A stretch of 64,000 nt of DNA, from NCBI GenBank assembly GCA_964510205.1, contig CAZEBW010000001.1:86226-150225 (forward strand), written 5' to 3'. Position 1 is the first letter of the stretch, and the number at the start of each line of letters is the position of its first letter. The notes under the pieces were generated by a model. That model was not told where the DNA came from. It made no database searches and saw only the letters and a list, made by a program, of their open reading frames with translations. Source of the stretch: an uncultured Anaerolineae bacterium (lineage in GTDB: Bacteria > Chloroflexota > Anaerolineae > VGOG01). Shown here one piece after another: positions 39,723 to 48,757 of the stretch. A program made the translations under genes and the position numbers.

Positions 39723-39753
39723 TTTTCGACGGCCCGGGGACGGGCCTCGGAGC

Positions 39754-40701
39754 TTATGCCAGCCACTCTCCTACTAACTCGATCTCCAGTTCCAAATCAA
39801 TGTCGAATTGCTCCCGAACCTGCTCTTGAGCCAGGTCAATCAGGGCCTTGACGTCAACCGCCTTGGCCTGCCCCAGATTGACGATGAAATTGGCGTGTTT
39901 GGGCGAGATCTGCGCGTCGCCGATGCGCGTCCCCTTGAGGCCGGCCTGTTCGATAAGGAATCCCGCTGGATACTGCCTCGTCCTTTTGAAGACGCTGCCG
40001 ACGCTGGGCTCGGTGGGTTGCTTTGCCTCTCGACGCCGCGTGTACTCGGCCATCTTCTCCAAGAGGGCCTGGGGCGGTTCTCGATGCAATCGGAACTCCG
40101 CCGACGTGATGACCTCTTCGCCAAAGCCCTCGTCCTTCGCCGCCTGCCCTTTGAACCTGCTCGTCCTGTAGCCAAAGCCCAACTCCGTGGCGGACAACTC
40201 GCGCACCTTGCCGTCGGGCGCCAGCACGGTGGCCTTCTGCGTCACGTCGCCGATGTAGCCGTCATAGGCGCCGGCGTTGCCCACGATGGCCCCTCCCACA
40301 GAGCCGGGGATGCCCACCGCCCACTCCAACCCCGCCAGGCCCCGCCGCGCGCTCTCACGGGCCAGGTCCCACAGCATTGCCCCACTCTCGGCGTACAAGA
40401 CGGCCTCCGGCCCATGAGCATTTTCGAACCTTGTCTCCTGTCCCAAATTCTCTATCACCAAGCCGCGGATGCCCTTGTCCGCCACCAAGATGTTGGTGCC
40501 CCGACCGATGATCAGGTAGGGTATGCCCCGCTCTCGCGCCCGCGTGACCAACTCGACCAATTCCTGCGCGCTCGCGGCCACTGCGTAGAAATCCGCCGGG
40601 CCGCCGATGCGAAAGGAGGTGTGGAGCGACATGGGCTCATTCCGGCGCACGCCGCCACCCAACGCCCTCGCGATCTCCCTACTAGGTAGTTCTCCCTTCA
40701 C
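39754..40701 (-). CDS. murB: UDP-N-acetylenolpyruvoylglucosamine reductase
   Basis: [43 protein letters not shown]. Confidence 0.95.
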   Translation of the reverse strand: MKGELPSREIARALGGGVRRNEPMSLHTSFRIGGPADFYAVAASAQELVELVTRARERGIPYLIIGRGTNILVADKGIRGLVIENLGQETRFENAHGPEAVLYAESGAMLWDLARESARRGLAGLEWAVGIPGSVGGAIVGNAGAYDGYIGDVTQKATVLAPDGKVRELSATELGFGYRTSRFKGQAAKDEGFGEEVITSAEFRLHREPPQALLEKMAEYTRRREAKQPTEPSVGSVFKRTRQYPAGFLIEQAGLKGTRIGDAQISPKHANFIVNLGQAKAVDVKALIDLAQEQVREQFDIDLELEIELVGEWLA

Positions 40702-40751
40702 AGGCCATCACCCCCATCCGGCTGGCAGCCAGTACCCTTCACTGACCTTCC

Positions 40752-42185
40752 CTACCACCATACCAATTCCCCTTCGACCCGCTCCTCCCTGAAAGCGAAA
40801 AACAGTCCCACCACCAAGCCGAGGGCGCCAGCCAAGCCCAGATTCCACAGCTTGTTGGGTTGGACGGGCTTCTTCGGTTCCATGGCCAAGGCGATCACCT
40901 TCGGCTCTGCAGTGAACTCGTCCCTCTGCATCTTGTCCGCCAGAGCCATGTATGCCTCTTCCGCTTCCACCCTAGCCACGATGCGTCTCTCCAGCTCGGG
41001 CCGTTTCTCCGCCAAGAGCTTCTCCCGCTCAGAGATAGCGGCGGATAACGCCTCGACCTTGGTCGCAAGCTCCCCCTCCTCAGCTTGGAGCGCCGCAATC
41101 GCGGCATCCAGCGTCTCCACCGCCTTCACAGAGAGTTGATCCATGCTGGTGGCAATGAGAGCCTGCCTTCCCTCCAAGATGGCGATGATCGTGTCTAGGA
41201 TCGCTATCTGCTGGCTCTGATCAATGTCCTCGGTGGGCAGCGAAAGGGCCTCGACGTTCACCCCCATGGCGGATTCGCTTGACCCGCTCTCCAAGAAGCC
41301 GCTGACCAGAGAGGACATCAGTTCGGGGGAACCGATACTGCCTCCCTGCTCGACGGCGTCTCTCAGGCTGTTGGCCTCTTCAAGCGCCGCCTCTAGGTCC
41401 TCCAGGGTCGTTGCGTATCGTTCTATGATTTGCTGGTCAACTTGCTGCTCCATGAGCAGGGCTTGAACCTGGAATATGCCTTCCTCGGATCTCTTCGAGA
41501 CTTTCTGCAGAAGATTAACCACGAAAAGGGAAATCGCCTTAGCAGAGGCGCCCGTATCGCCCCCCCTTATGGTCTTTCTGAAGGTCTTCGCCTCTTCAAT
41601 GCTCTGCGTGAGGTTGTCTTGCCTGAGCTGATAGGTGTTCAACTGCTCCTTGTCGGCTTTTAGATCCTCCTCAGCAGTGCCAAATCCAAAGATGCCGAAT
41701 CCATATTCGTCTTCGAAGGCCTTCAGCGCCTTATTGGCCGCTTCCAGATTCTGTTCAGCCGCTTCCAGACGCTGCCCCTCACTTAACTGGGCCTTTGCTA
41801 TCTGTTCCGCCGAGAAATTGGCCCACGTGTTGGCGATGGCCGCCGCTTTCTTCGCCGTATCCGAACGCGCCGTGATACGGATCATGTTCGGCCCCTCAGC
41901 GACCTCCACTGCATGGATCAGATTCTCAGGTATCTGTCCGCCGGAAAAAACGGGGTTCCTGTTGCTGAGAGAGGCGACCACTTGTGTTTCGACCTCATTG
42001 TTCTTGACTAGAGAGGCAACGGGCATCGAGGTTCTCAACTCAGGCACAGATAGGATAGCGGTGGCCTCATAAGTAGCAGGGATGAAAAGATTGACGACAG
42101 CCGCCACAGCCACTGCCAACGTGGTGAGCACCAAAATCAATCCCAAATGCCTGGCGATGGCATCAAGATAATCATTTATGTCCAT
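40752..42185 (-). CDS. Wzz/polysaccharide co-polymerase-like protein (two TM helices flanking a long coiled coil, no kinase domain)
   Basis: N-terminal LILVLTTLAVAVAAVVNLFIPATYEATAIL Wzz-like segment. C-terminal TM LGLAGALGLVVGLFFAF. Confidence 0.65.
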   Translation of the reverse strand: MDINDYLDAIARHLGLILVLTTLAVAVAAVVNLFIPATYEATAILSVPELRTSMPVASLVKNNEVETQVVASLSNRNPVFSGGQIPENLIHAVEVAEGPNMIRITARSDTAKKAAAIANTWANFSAEQIAKAQLSEGQRLEAAEQNLEAANKALKAFEDEYGFGIFGFGTAEEDLKADKEQLNTYQLRQDNLTQSIEEAKTFRKTIRGGDTGASAKAISLFVVNLLQKVSKRSEEGIFQVQALLMEQQVDQQIIERYATTLEDLEAALEEANSLRDAVEQGGSIGSPELMSSLVSGFLESGSSESAMGVNVEALSLPTEDIDQSQQIAILDTIIAILEGRQALIATSMDQLSVKAVETLDAAIAALQAEEGELATKVEALSAAISEREKLLAEKRPELERRIVARVEAEEAYMALADKMQRDEFTAEPKVIALAMEPKKPVQPNKLWNLGLAGALGLVVGLFFAFREERVEGELVWW

Positions 42186-42209
42186 CTTGTCTCCTCCTGA
42201 CCGCGTCCG

Positions 42210-43625
42210 TCAGCGAGTGTCGCTCCGTTTGCACTCTGATGTAAAGCTCTTAGCTAAGACTTCCTCCCCCACTTTGTACCCATCCCCCGCTCCCAAGGTG
42301 AGGAGCACATCGCCGGGCTTTAGATGATCGAGCAAATGGCCAGCGGCCTCGTCTAGGCCAGGGATGTAGCGAGCGTCGGGATGCCTCATGCGAGCCACGA
42401 TGTCGGCCGCGCTCAGCCCCAGATCATCGTCCTCGCGGGCAGCGTAGATGTCGGTCACGACCACGTGGTCGGCGTCGGCGAAGCTGGCGGCAAATTCGTC
42501 CAGCAAGGCCCTGGTGCGGCTGTAGGTGTGCGGCTGGAAGACGGCCCAAATGGCGCGCCCTGGATAGCGCCCCCGCGCCGCCCGCAAGGTCGTCCGTATC
42601 TGGGTGGGATGGTGGGCATAATCGTCAATGACCACCACGCCGTCGCGAGCCTTTCCGCCCGCTTCGCCCTTGACCTCGAAGCGCCGCTGCACCCCACGAT
42701 AACTTCTCAGCGACTCTCCTACGTCTGCCATATCCAGGCCCAGCCGATGGGCGACGGCCAGCACCGCCAGGGAATTCTGCACATTGTGCAGGCCGGGGAT
42801 GCGCAAAGTGAACTCTCCCACAGACTTCCCCTCGTGCAGGGCCACGAAATCGCTGCCGCCCAGTTCATTAGGCCGGACATCGACCGCCCGCCAATCCACC
42901 CACTCGCCCAACCCGTAGGTAACAAGCTCAGCTTCCAGCTTCCAGCTTCCAGCTTCCAGCACCTCCCTCACCCTCTCCTCGTCCCCGCAGCCGATGATGC
43001 AGCCATCGGCAGGCACCCGGCCCAGGAACTCGCGGAAAGCCCCCAACAAGTCATCCATCTGCGGATAGCAATCGGGATGGTCCATCTCGATGTTGGTCAC
43101 CACAGCGATCCTGGGCCGGAGCCCCAGAAAAGCACGGTCATACTCGTCGGCCTCGACGACGAAATGCTCACCCCGGCCGGCTCTGGCGTTCGTGCCCAGG
43201 TTTTGCAGGATGCCGCCGACGATGAAAGTCGGGTCCAGGCCAGCCTCGGTCAGGACGAGGGCGATCATGGCCGTGATGGTGGTCTTTCCATGAGAGCCGG
43301 CCACGGCGATGCCGAAGCGCCCCGCCATCATGCGCCCCAACATCCAGTCCCGCTTGACGACGGGGATGCCCCTGGCGCGGGCGGCTGCGGCCTCGGGATT
43401 GTCGTCCGGTATGGCCGAGGAGACGAGCACCACATCGGCCTGGCCCACGTTCTCCGCTCGGTGGCCCTGATGGACGGCGGCGCCCTGGGCGGCCAGGGCG
43501 TCGGTGATGGGCGAGAGCCTCACATCGGAGCCCGAAACCCGGTGTCCCTCTTCCAGCAGCACCTTGGCGATAGCCGAGAGGCCGATGCCGCCGATACCGA
43601 CTAGGTGAAAATGAGCGTTCTCCAT
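42210..43625 (-). CDS. murC: UDP-N-acetylmuramate--L-alanine ligase
   Basis: HFHLVGIGGIGLSAIA, GSHGKTTITAM, Mur ligase layout. Confidence 0.95.
   Translation of the reverse strand: MENAHFHLVGIGGIGLSAIAKVLLEEGHRVSGSDVRLSPITDALAAQGAAVHQGHRAENVGQADVVLVSSAIPDDNPEAAAARARGIPVVKRDWMLGRMMAGRFGIAVAGSHGKTTITAMIALVLTEAGLDPTFIVGGILQNLGTNARAGRGEHFVVEADEYDRAFLGLRPRIAVVTNIEMDHPDCYPQMDDLLGAFREFLGRVPADGCIIGCGDEERVREVLEAGSWKLEAELVTYGLGEWVDWRAVDVRPNELGGSDFVALHEGKSVGEFTLRIPGLHNVQNSLAVLAVAHRLGLDMADVGESLRSYRGVQRRFEVKGEAGGKARDGVVVIDDYAHHPTQIRTTLRAARGRYPGRAIWAVFQPHTYSRTRALLDEFAASFADADHVVVTDIYAAREDDDLGLSAADIVARMRHPDARYIPGLDEAAGHLLDHLKPGDVLLTLGAGDGYKVGEEVLAKSFTSECKRSDTR
42929..42960. repeat. heptamer tandem repeat (GCTTCCA)x4 inside murC, translated in frame
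   Basis: cagcttccagcttccagcttccagcttccagc. Encodes EAGSWKLEAE on the coding strand. Confidence 0.85.
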
Positions 43626-43635
43626 AATCCACCAG

Positions 43636-44214
43636 CTACCTGATAACCCGCATGACGATCAGAAAGAAGATGAAGGAGATGAGAATCGGTTCCAGCAGGT
43701 TGGAAGGTATCCAATTGAAAAAGAGCAAATCAAGTAAGGACTCCGCCAACGGGCTTAGGGGGCCTTCGTAAAGGCCCAGCAGCCGGGTGGGATAGTCATA
43801 CTTGTCTAGATAGTACCAAATGGTGCCTGCAATCAGGTATCCATTTAGCAAACCTATCATCAGGTTGAAGAGAACGCCTGCCGTCCCTTTAGGGGGAGAA
43901 CCCCCGAAGGTCAGGGTCTCCCCGTGGTAGGAGATGAAGACCATGAAGACCATGATGAGGATGTACATCGTACACCTGACCAAGGCATTTCTGGGGTCGT
44001 CGGCATCGAAAGCGGCGAAAGCACCCGGCGAGACCTCAACGGCCCGGGCCAGCGCCCTATCCGTGACCCCGCGCTTCTCTAACCATTGGGAGATCATGTA
44101 GACGGCCAATAGGACAGCAGTCGTGACCCCCAGTTCCTTCAGAAAGCCTCGGATCAGGCCAACAGTCCCAAACAGGAGGAACACGGCGATCCAGAATACT
44201 TCTATCGGCTCCAA
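43636..44214 (-). CDS. integral membrane protein, CvpA-like N-terminus
   Basis: FWIAVFLLFGTVGLIRGFLKELGVTTAVLLAVYM. Multi-pass. Confidence 0.45.
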   Translation of the reverse strand: MEPIEVFWIAVFLLFGTVGLIRGFLKELGVTTAVLLAVYMISQWLEKRGVTDRALARAVEVSPGAFAAFDADDPRNALVRCTMYILIMVFMVFISYHGETLTFGGSPPKGTAGVLFNLMIGLLNGYLIAGTIWYYLDKYDYPTRLLGLYEGPLSPLAESLLDLLFFNWIPSNLLEPILISFIFFLIVMRVIR

Positions 44215-44227
44215 CGGTACAAACCTC

Positions 44228-44848
44228 CTACTTCTTCAGGGATGCGCTCCGCAAACCAAAGGCAATCAGTACGGCCATGAAACCCACGGCGACCAGGGCC
44301 AAGTTCTGGCTTAGAAACGTGGTCACGTCCCCCGTGGGCAGCCTGACGACCGTCTCCCTTTTGGGAAAGAGCTGGGGGATCACGAAGTAGGAGATCAAGA
44401 AACCCTCCATGAGCCCCGTCGCCAGTCCCAGGATCCTCGACAGGAGAGGCAGCTTGGAATAGATGGCCAGAGGTCCGAACGTATCGGTGTTGGATGAGAT
44501 GATCCTATTGCCCACGATATAGGCCAAGAAGACCAACGAGATAAAGACCAGCAGCCTGAAGAACAGCTTGTCGCTATCGGATTGGATCAGAGGAGGAAGA
44601 TTGGCCACCCCAGGCCAGATCGTGGTAGGGTCTTCGGCGGCTAGCCCCCCCTTAACAGCGAAAAGAAACAGCTTATGAAACTTGTTCGTCCAATTGACGA
44701 GGAAATCTTCTCCCCACCTGAGGAACGCATAAGCGATGATGATGCCCAACGCGGTGATGATCTCTCGCGCCACCCCGCGCAGGAAACCCATCAGGCCAAA
44801 TAGAATGCCGCCTGCGATCAAAACTTGCAGATAGGTCAAAGCCATCAC
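44228..44848 (-). CDS. integral membrane protein, CvpA-like N-terminus (paralogue of the neighbour)
   Basis: LIAGGILFGLMGFLRGVAREIITALGIIIAYAFL. Confidence 0.5.
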   Translation of the reverse strand: MMALTYLQVLIAGGILFGLMGFLRGVAREIITALGIIIAYAFLRWGEDFLVNWTNKFHKLFLFAVKGGLAAEDPTTIWPGVANLPPLIQSDSDKLFFRLLVFISLVFLAYIVGNRIISSNTDTFGPLAIYSKLPLLSRILGLATGLMEGFLISYFVIPQLFPKRETVVRLPTGDVTTFLSQNLALVAVGFMAVLIAFGLRSASLKK

Positions 44849-44855
44849 GGAACCT

Positions 44856-46064
44856 TCAATCCCTTTTCAACAACCGCGTTCTGCCTAATCTGTGGAGCTC
44901 CTCCGCAATGCGCCGGGCCGCATCTGGCCTGGCCAGAGCCCGCGCCCGCTCGCTCATCTCGGCCAGGGCCGCCTCGTCGTTTAGGAGCTCTAGCAGCGTC
45001 GGCAACAGCCTCTCCCCCAGATCAGCGTCGGCGACCTTAACCGCCGCCCCGCGACTGACCAGGTAGTCGGCGTTGAGCTCTTGATGCTGCCCGGCGTAGG
45101 GATAGGGCACCAAGATGCTGGGCAAGCCCAGGGCCGGGAACTCGCCCAGAGTCGCCGCTCCAGCCCGCGCCACCGCCAGGTCCGCCGCAGCCAAAGCGCT
45201 GGGCATCTCCTCATGCAGATAGGCGTATGCGCGGTAGCGGCTTCGCAACCGATCGGGCAACTTGGTCCTCCTTTCCATCACCCACTCGGCGTCCAAGGGA
45301 CCACAGATGTGGATGACCTGGCAAGACTCCAACAGGCGCTCCAGGCGCTGGCTCAGCGCCAGGTTGATGCTGCGAGCGCCCCGGCTGCCGCCAAAGACGG
45401 TGACGGTCTTCGCGCCCGCCTCCAGACCGAAGGCTTCCCTGGCCTCGATTTGGTCGGCGGCGAAGAACTCGGCCCGCACTGGGTAGCCCGCCGTCAGGAC
45501 CTTGCTCTGCGGGAAATACGCTTCCACCTCCGCAAAGGACACCGCAACCCGCTTCGCCAGGCGGCTCAGGGCGCGGACGGCCAAGCCCGGCTCCAGGTCG
45601 GGCAGCAACACCAAGATCGGCACGCGGCGAAGCCAGGCGGCTGTGGCCACGGGCGCGCACACGTACCCTCCCGTGACCAGGACGACGTCGGGAGAGAAGT
45701 CGCGCACGATGCCCAGCGATTGCACGAAGCCCGCCAGCATCTTGCAGAGATTGCCGGCCACCGTCCAGGGCGCCAGGCCGCGCAGCCCCCCCGCTGAGAT
45801 AGCCGCGAAGGGCAGTCCTTCTCGCTTGACGATCCCTTCCTCCACCCCTCCCCGGCTGCCTACGTATAGGAAATTCGTACAATCGTAGATTCGTAGATTC
45901 GTAGATTCGTAGATTCGTAGATCCGTAGATTCGTAGATTCGTAGATTCGATTCCGAATTCACGAATCCCGAGTTTACGAATCCCGAATGTACCAATTTTT
46001 CAACCACGGCGAGAATTGGATATACGTGGCCGCCCGTCCCGCCGCCCGAAATCATAATGCGCAA
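44856..46064 (-). CDS. murG: undecaprenyldiphospho-muramoylpentapeptide beta-N-acetylglucosaminyltransferase with a repeat-encoded insert after the first helix
   Basis: (L)RIMISGGGTGGHVYPILAV aligns with the MRIAISGGGTGGHIYP start of Bacillus MurG, so TTG 46064 is preferred. GTG 46088, ATG 46055 and ATG 46121 are alternatives. Confidence 0.9.
   Translation of the reverse strand: MRIMISGGGTGGHVYPILAVVEKLVHSGFVNSGFVNSESNLRIYESTDLRIYESTNLRIYDCTNFLYVGSRGGVEEGIVKREGLPFAAISAGGLRGLAPWTVAGNLCKMLAGFVQSLGIVRDFSPDVVLVTGGYVCAPVATAAWLRRVPILVLLPDLEPGLAVRALSRLAKRVAVSFAEVEAYFPQSKVLTAGYPVRAEFFAADQIEAREAFGLEAGAKTVTVFGGSRGARSINLALSQRLERLLESCQVIHICGPLDAEWVMERRTKLPDRLRSRYRAYAYLHEEMPSALAAADLAVARAGAATLGEFPALGLPSILVPYPYAGQHQELNADYLVSRGAAVKVADADLGERLLPTLLELLNDEAALAEMSERARALARPDAARRIAEELHRLGRTRLLKRD
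45884..45990. repeat. octamer tandem repeat (CGTAGATT)x8 plus 15-mer x2, inside murG and translated in frame
   Basis: cgtagattcgtagattc... then ttcacgaatcccgagtttacgaatcccgaa. Encodes SGFVNSGFVNSESNLRIYESTDLRIYESTNLRIYDCT. Confidence 0.9.
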
Positions 46065-47175
46065 TCTCGTCTTGCCCTTCCTCTCCACTGCTCCTGGAGA
46101 TGCCCAGAAGCAGGCCCACACCGGTCAAGGAAACAACCAAAGAGGAGCCGCCGTAGCTGATGAAGGGCAAGGGGATGCCTGTAAAGGGCAGGATGTTGGT
46201 GGTTACGGCGACGTTGATCAAGGCCTGGAAGATCAGCCAGCACGTTAACCCCACCGCCAGCACCGTGCCAAAATCATCGGGGGCATCCAGAGCGATTTGA
46301 AAGCCCCGATAGGCCAAGGCTGCGAACAGCCCTACCACCAGCAGACAGCCGATCAAACCCAGCTCCTCGCCCAGGACAGCGAAGATGCTATCGGTATGCG
46401 CCAGGGGGAGAAGGCCCAGTTTGTGGAATCCATCCCCCAGCCCGACACCGGCAGCCTCTCCGGCCCTCAGCGCTTCCAGGTTTTGTTGAATATGATAGCC
46501 AACGCCGCCCCCAGCCAAAGAATTCCAGTACGCTTCGACCCTTTCCAGAGCATGTTCCGATCTGGAGATCAAGAAGGCAAAGGTGACGCCGCCGAATATG
46601 AAGCCGATGCCCAACTGAGCGATATCAGCGCCAGCGATAAAGAACATGGCGATGGCCGTGACCACAATCAGGATGGCGGTGCCGAAGTCGGGCTGCAGCA
46701 CGATCAGGCCCGCCACCACGCCAATGAGAATGGCAAAGGGAACAAGGCCATAGGTCACCATGCGGAGTCGCTCCCCTTTGGAGGAAAGCCAATCGGCGAC
46801 ATAGATAATGATGATCAGCTTGCATAACTCGCTGGGCTGCACCGATCCCGAAAAGAGACCGCGCACAGAGCCAAACCTCTCTTGCCCCACAATCAGGAGA
46901 AGTATCAACAGGAACAAAGTGCCAGCCATCAGGGGAATGGAGAAGCGTCGCCAGGTGTGATAATCAACGCTCATCATCAGCACCATCCCCGCCGTGCCCA
47001 GCAGGGTCCAGATGATCTGCTTACCGAAAAAGTAGGTCGGCTGGTCAAATTCCACATCACCAAAATCGAAGCTGGCGCTGTAGATCATCAGCAGACCGAT
47101 GAGAATCAAGCTGGCCAAGATGATGATCAATGGGTAGTCAATCCGCTTGGTTGTCTCACCGCTGTATACTGCCAT
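46000..47175 (-). CDS. ftsW: peptidoglycan glycosyltransferase FtsW (SEDS family)
   Basis: 10-TM SEDS layout, QPSELCKL, LPFISYGGSSLV. ATG 47175 with a GGAGGGGAG RBS. Confidence 0.92.
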   Translation of the reverse strand: MAVYSGETTKRIDYPLIIILASLILIGLLMIYSASFDFGDVEFDQPTYFFGKQIIWTLLGTAGMVLMMSVDYHTWRRFSIPLMAGTLFLLILLLIVGQERFGSVRGLFSGSVQPSELCKLIIIIYVADWLSSKGERLRMVTYGLVPFAILIGVVAGLIVLQPDFGTAILIVVTAIAMFFIAGADIAQLGIGFIFGGVTFAFLISRSEHALERVEAYWNSLAGGGVGYHIQQNLEALRAGEAAGVGLGDGFHKLGLLPLAHTDSIFAVLGEELGLIGCLLVVGLFAALAYRGFQIALDAPDDFGTVLAVGLTCWLIFQALINVAVTTNILPFTGIPLPFISYGGSSLVVSLTGVGLLLGISRSSGEEGQDEIAHYDFGRRDGRPRISNSRRG

Positions 47176-47275
47176 CTCTCCCCTCCATAAGTCATCTCTA
47201 GGTTGGACAAGGTCTCTGACCGCAGCCCCATGTCGGAACTGAGAAGGACTCCGCAAATCCTGCCCATCCGTGTTC

Positions 47276-48757
47276 TCAAAGCGCTTTCACCAGCTCGCGG
47301 AAGCGGTCGCCTCGCTCGGCGAAGTCGCTGAAGGCGTCGAAGCTGGTACCGCCGGGCGCGAGCAGCACCACATCCCCCGGCCGCGCCTCTCTCGCTGCTG
47401 CGCCAACCGCCTCCTCCAGCGTGGCGCACCTAACCACCTGGCATCTCGCACCTGGCATCCCGCCCCTGGCCTCCTGCACCGCCCTCTCGATAATGGGCGC
47501 CGCCTCCCCAAACAGAACCAAGCACCGCACCTTCTGCAGCGTGAGTCGCGCCATCTCATCCCAGAGCAGGTGCTTGTCGCGCCCCCCGGCCAGGAGGACG
47601 ATGGGTTGATCGAACGAACGCAGGGCGGCGACGGCGCGCTCCGGGGAGGTGGCGATGGAATCGTTATAGTATCGCACCCCATCCAGCTCCCGCACCAGCT
47701 CCAAGCGGTGTTCCACGCCCTCGAATGTGGCGGCCACCTCGGCCATCGCCTGCCGCGAAGCCCCTGCCGCCCCAGCTATGGCACAGGCCGCCAGGATGTT
47801 TTCCAAGTTGTGCCGCCCCAAAAGCCGGATTGCATCGGCAGAGCAGATCCGCTGTTCCGTATCTTTCAACCTGAGCACAATCTGGCCATCTCGCAGAAAT
47901 GCTCCCTCCTCCACCTCCTCATTCAAACTGAAACTCAGAATTCGAGATTGTAGGTTGTAGGTTGTAGATTGTAGATTTGTGATTTGAGATTTGGTTATCG
48001 GGTTGTCATATCCTAGAACAGCTACGTCCCCTGGCTTTTGAAAACGCAGGATGTTGAGCTTGGCCTGGGTGTAGGCTTCCATGGAGGGGTGGCGATCCAG
48101 GTGGTTGGGCGTGATGTTGAGAATGGCGGCAATGGGCGGGCTCCACGCCATGATCTCCAGTTGGAAGCTCGACAGCTCCATCACTACTTTGTCGGTGGGC
48201 TCAATGTCCTCCAGGCGGCTGATGAGCGGGCGGCCGATATTCCCCCCTACCCAGGTACGGAAGCCACTGGCCCTGTCAGGACGGGCCTTCAGCATCTGGC
48301 CCACCAGGCTGACGGTGGTCGTTTTACCGCTGGAGCCGGTGACGCCGATGATGGGCGCCGGACACAGCTCGGTGAACAGCTTGGTCTCGCTGCTGATGGG
48401 AATGCCCCGCCTCTGGGCCTCCGCGACAATCGGAGCCTCCAGCGGCACGCCCGGGCTGATGAACAAGGTGTCGGCATCGTCCAAAATCTCCGACGGATGC
48501 CCACCGAGAGCGTAGCGGATGGGCAAGTCCTTCAGTTTTTCAATACTCTCCTGCAGCTCCTCCTCGCTCTTGAGATCGCTGACCGTGACTTCGATCCCTC
48601 GCTCGGCCAGGAACCTGGCCAGCGCTGTCCCTTCCCGCGCCAGACCGATGATGGAACAACGGACTAAAGCATCTAATGGACTTGGCCTCACTGCTTCTTG
48701 CTCCTCGCCCCCCGCCCCTTGCTCCTCGACTACCTTGCCGGCGGCGGGTTGCCCCAC
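47276..48757 (-). CDS. murD: UDP-N-acetylmuramoylalanine--D-glutamate ligase
   Basis: IIGLAREGTALARFL, GVTGSSGKTTT, GGNIG, LAGGRDK. Confidence 0.92.
   Translation of the reverse strand: MGQPAAGKVVEEQGAGGEEQEAVRPSPLDALVRCSIIGLAREGTALARFLAERGIEVTVSDLKSEEELQESIEKLKDLPIRYALGGHPSEILDDADTLFISPGVPLEAPIVAEAQRRGIPISSETKLFTELCPAPIIGVTGSSGKTTTVSLVGQMLKARPDRASGFRTWVGGNIGRPLISRLEDIEPTDKVVMELSSFQLEIMAWSPPIAAILNITPNHLDRHPSMEAYTQAKLNILRFQKPGDVAVLGYDNPITKSQITNLQSTTYNLQSRILSFSLNEEVEEGAFLRDGQIVLRLKDTEQRICSADAIRLLGRHNLENILAACAIAGAAGASRQAMAEVAATFEGVEHRLELVRELDGVRYYNDSIATSPERAVAALRSFDQPIVLLAGGRDKHLLWDEMARLTLQKVRCLVLFGEAAPIIERAVQEARGGMPGARCQVVRCATLEEAVGAAAREARPGDVVLLAPGGTSFDAFSDFAERGDRFRELVKAL
47946..47994. repeat. 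heptamer tandem repeat (GTTGTAG / GATTTGN units) inside murD, translated in frame
   Basis: gattgtaggttgtaggttgtagattgtagatttgtgatttgagatttgg. Encodes KSQITNLQSTTYNLQS. Confidence 0.85.

Noticed and set aside
45884-45990. Possible CRISPR array, also considered for the repeats at 42929, 47946, 50997, 62768 and 63183.
   Set aside because: The units are 7-8 nt, directly abutting, with no spacers and no cas genes. They are short tandem repeats, not CRISPRs.
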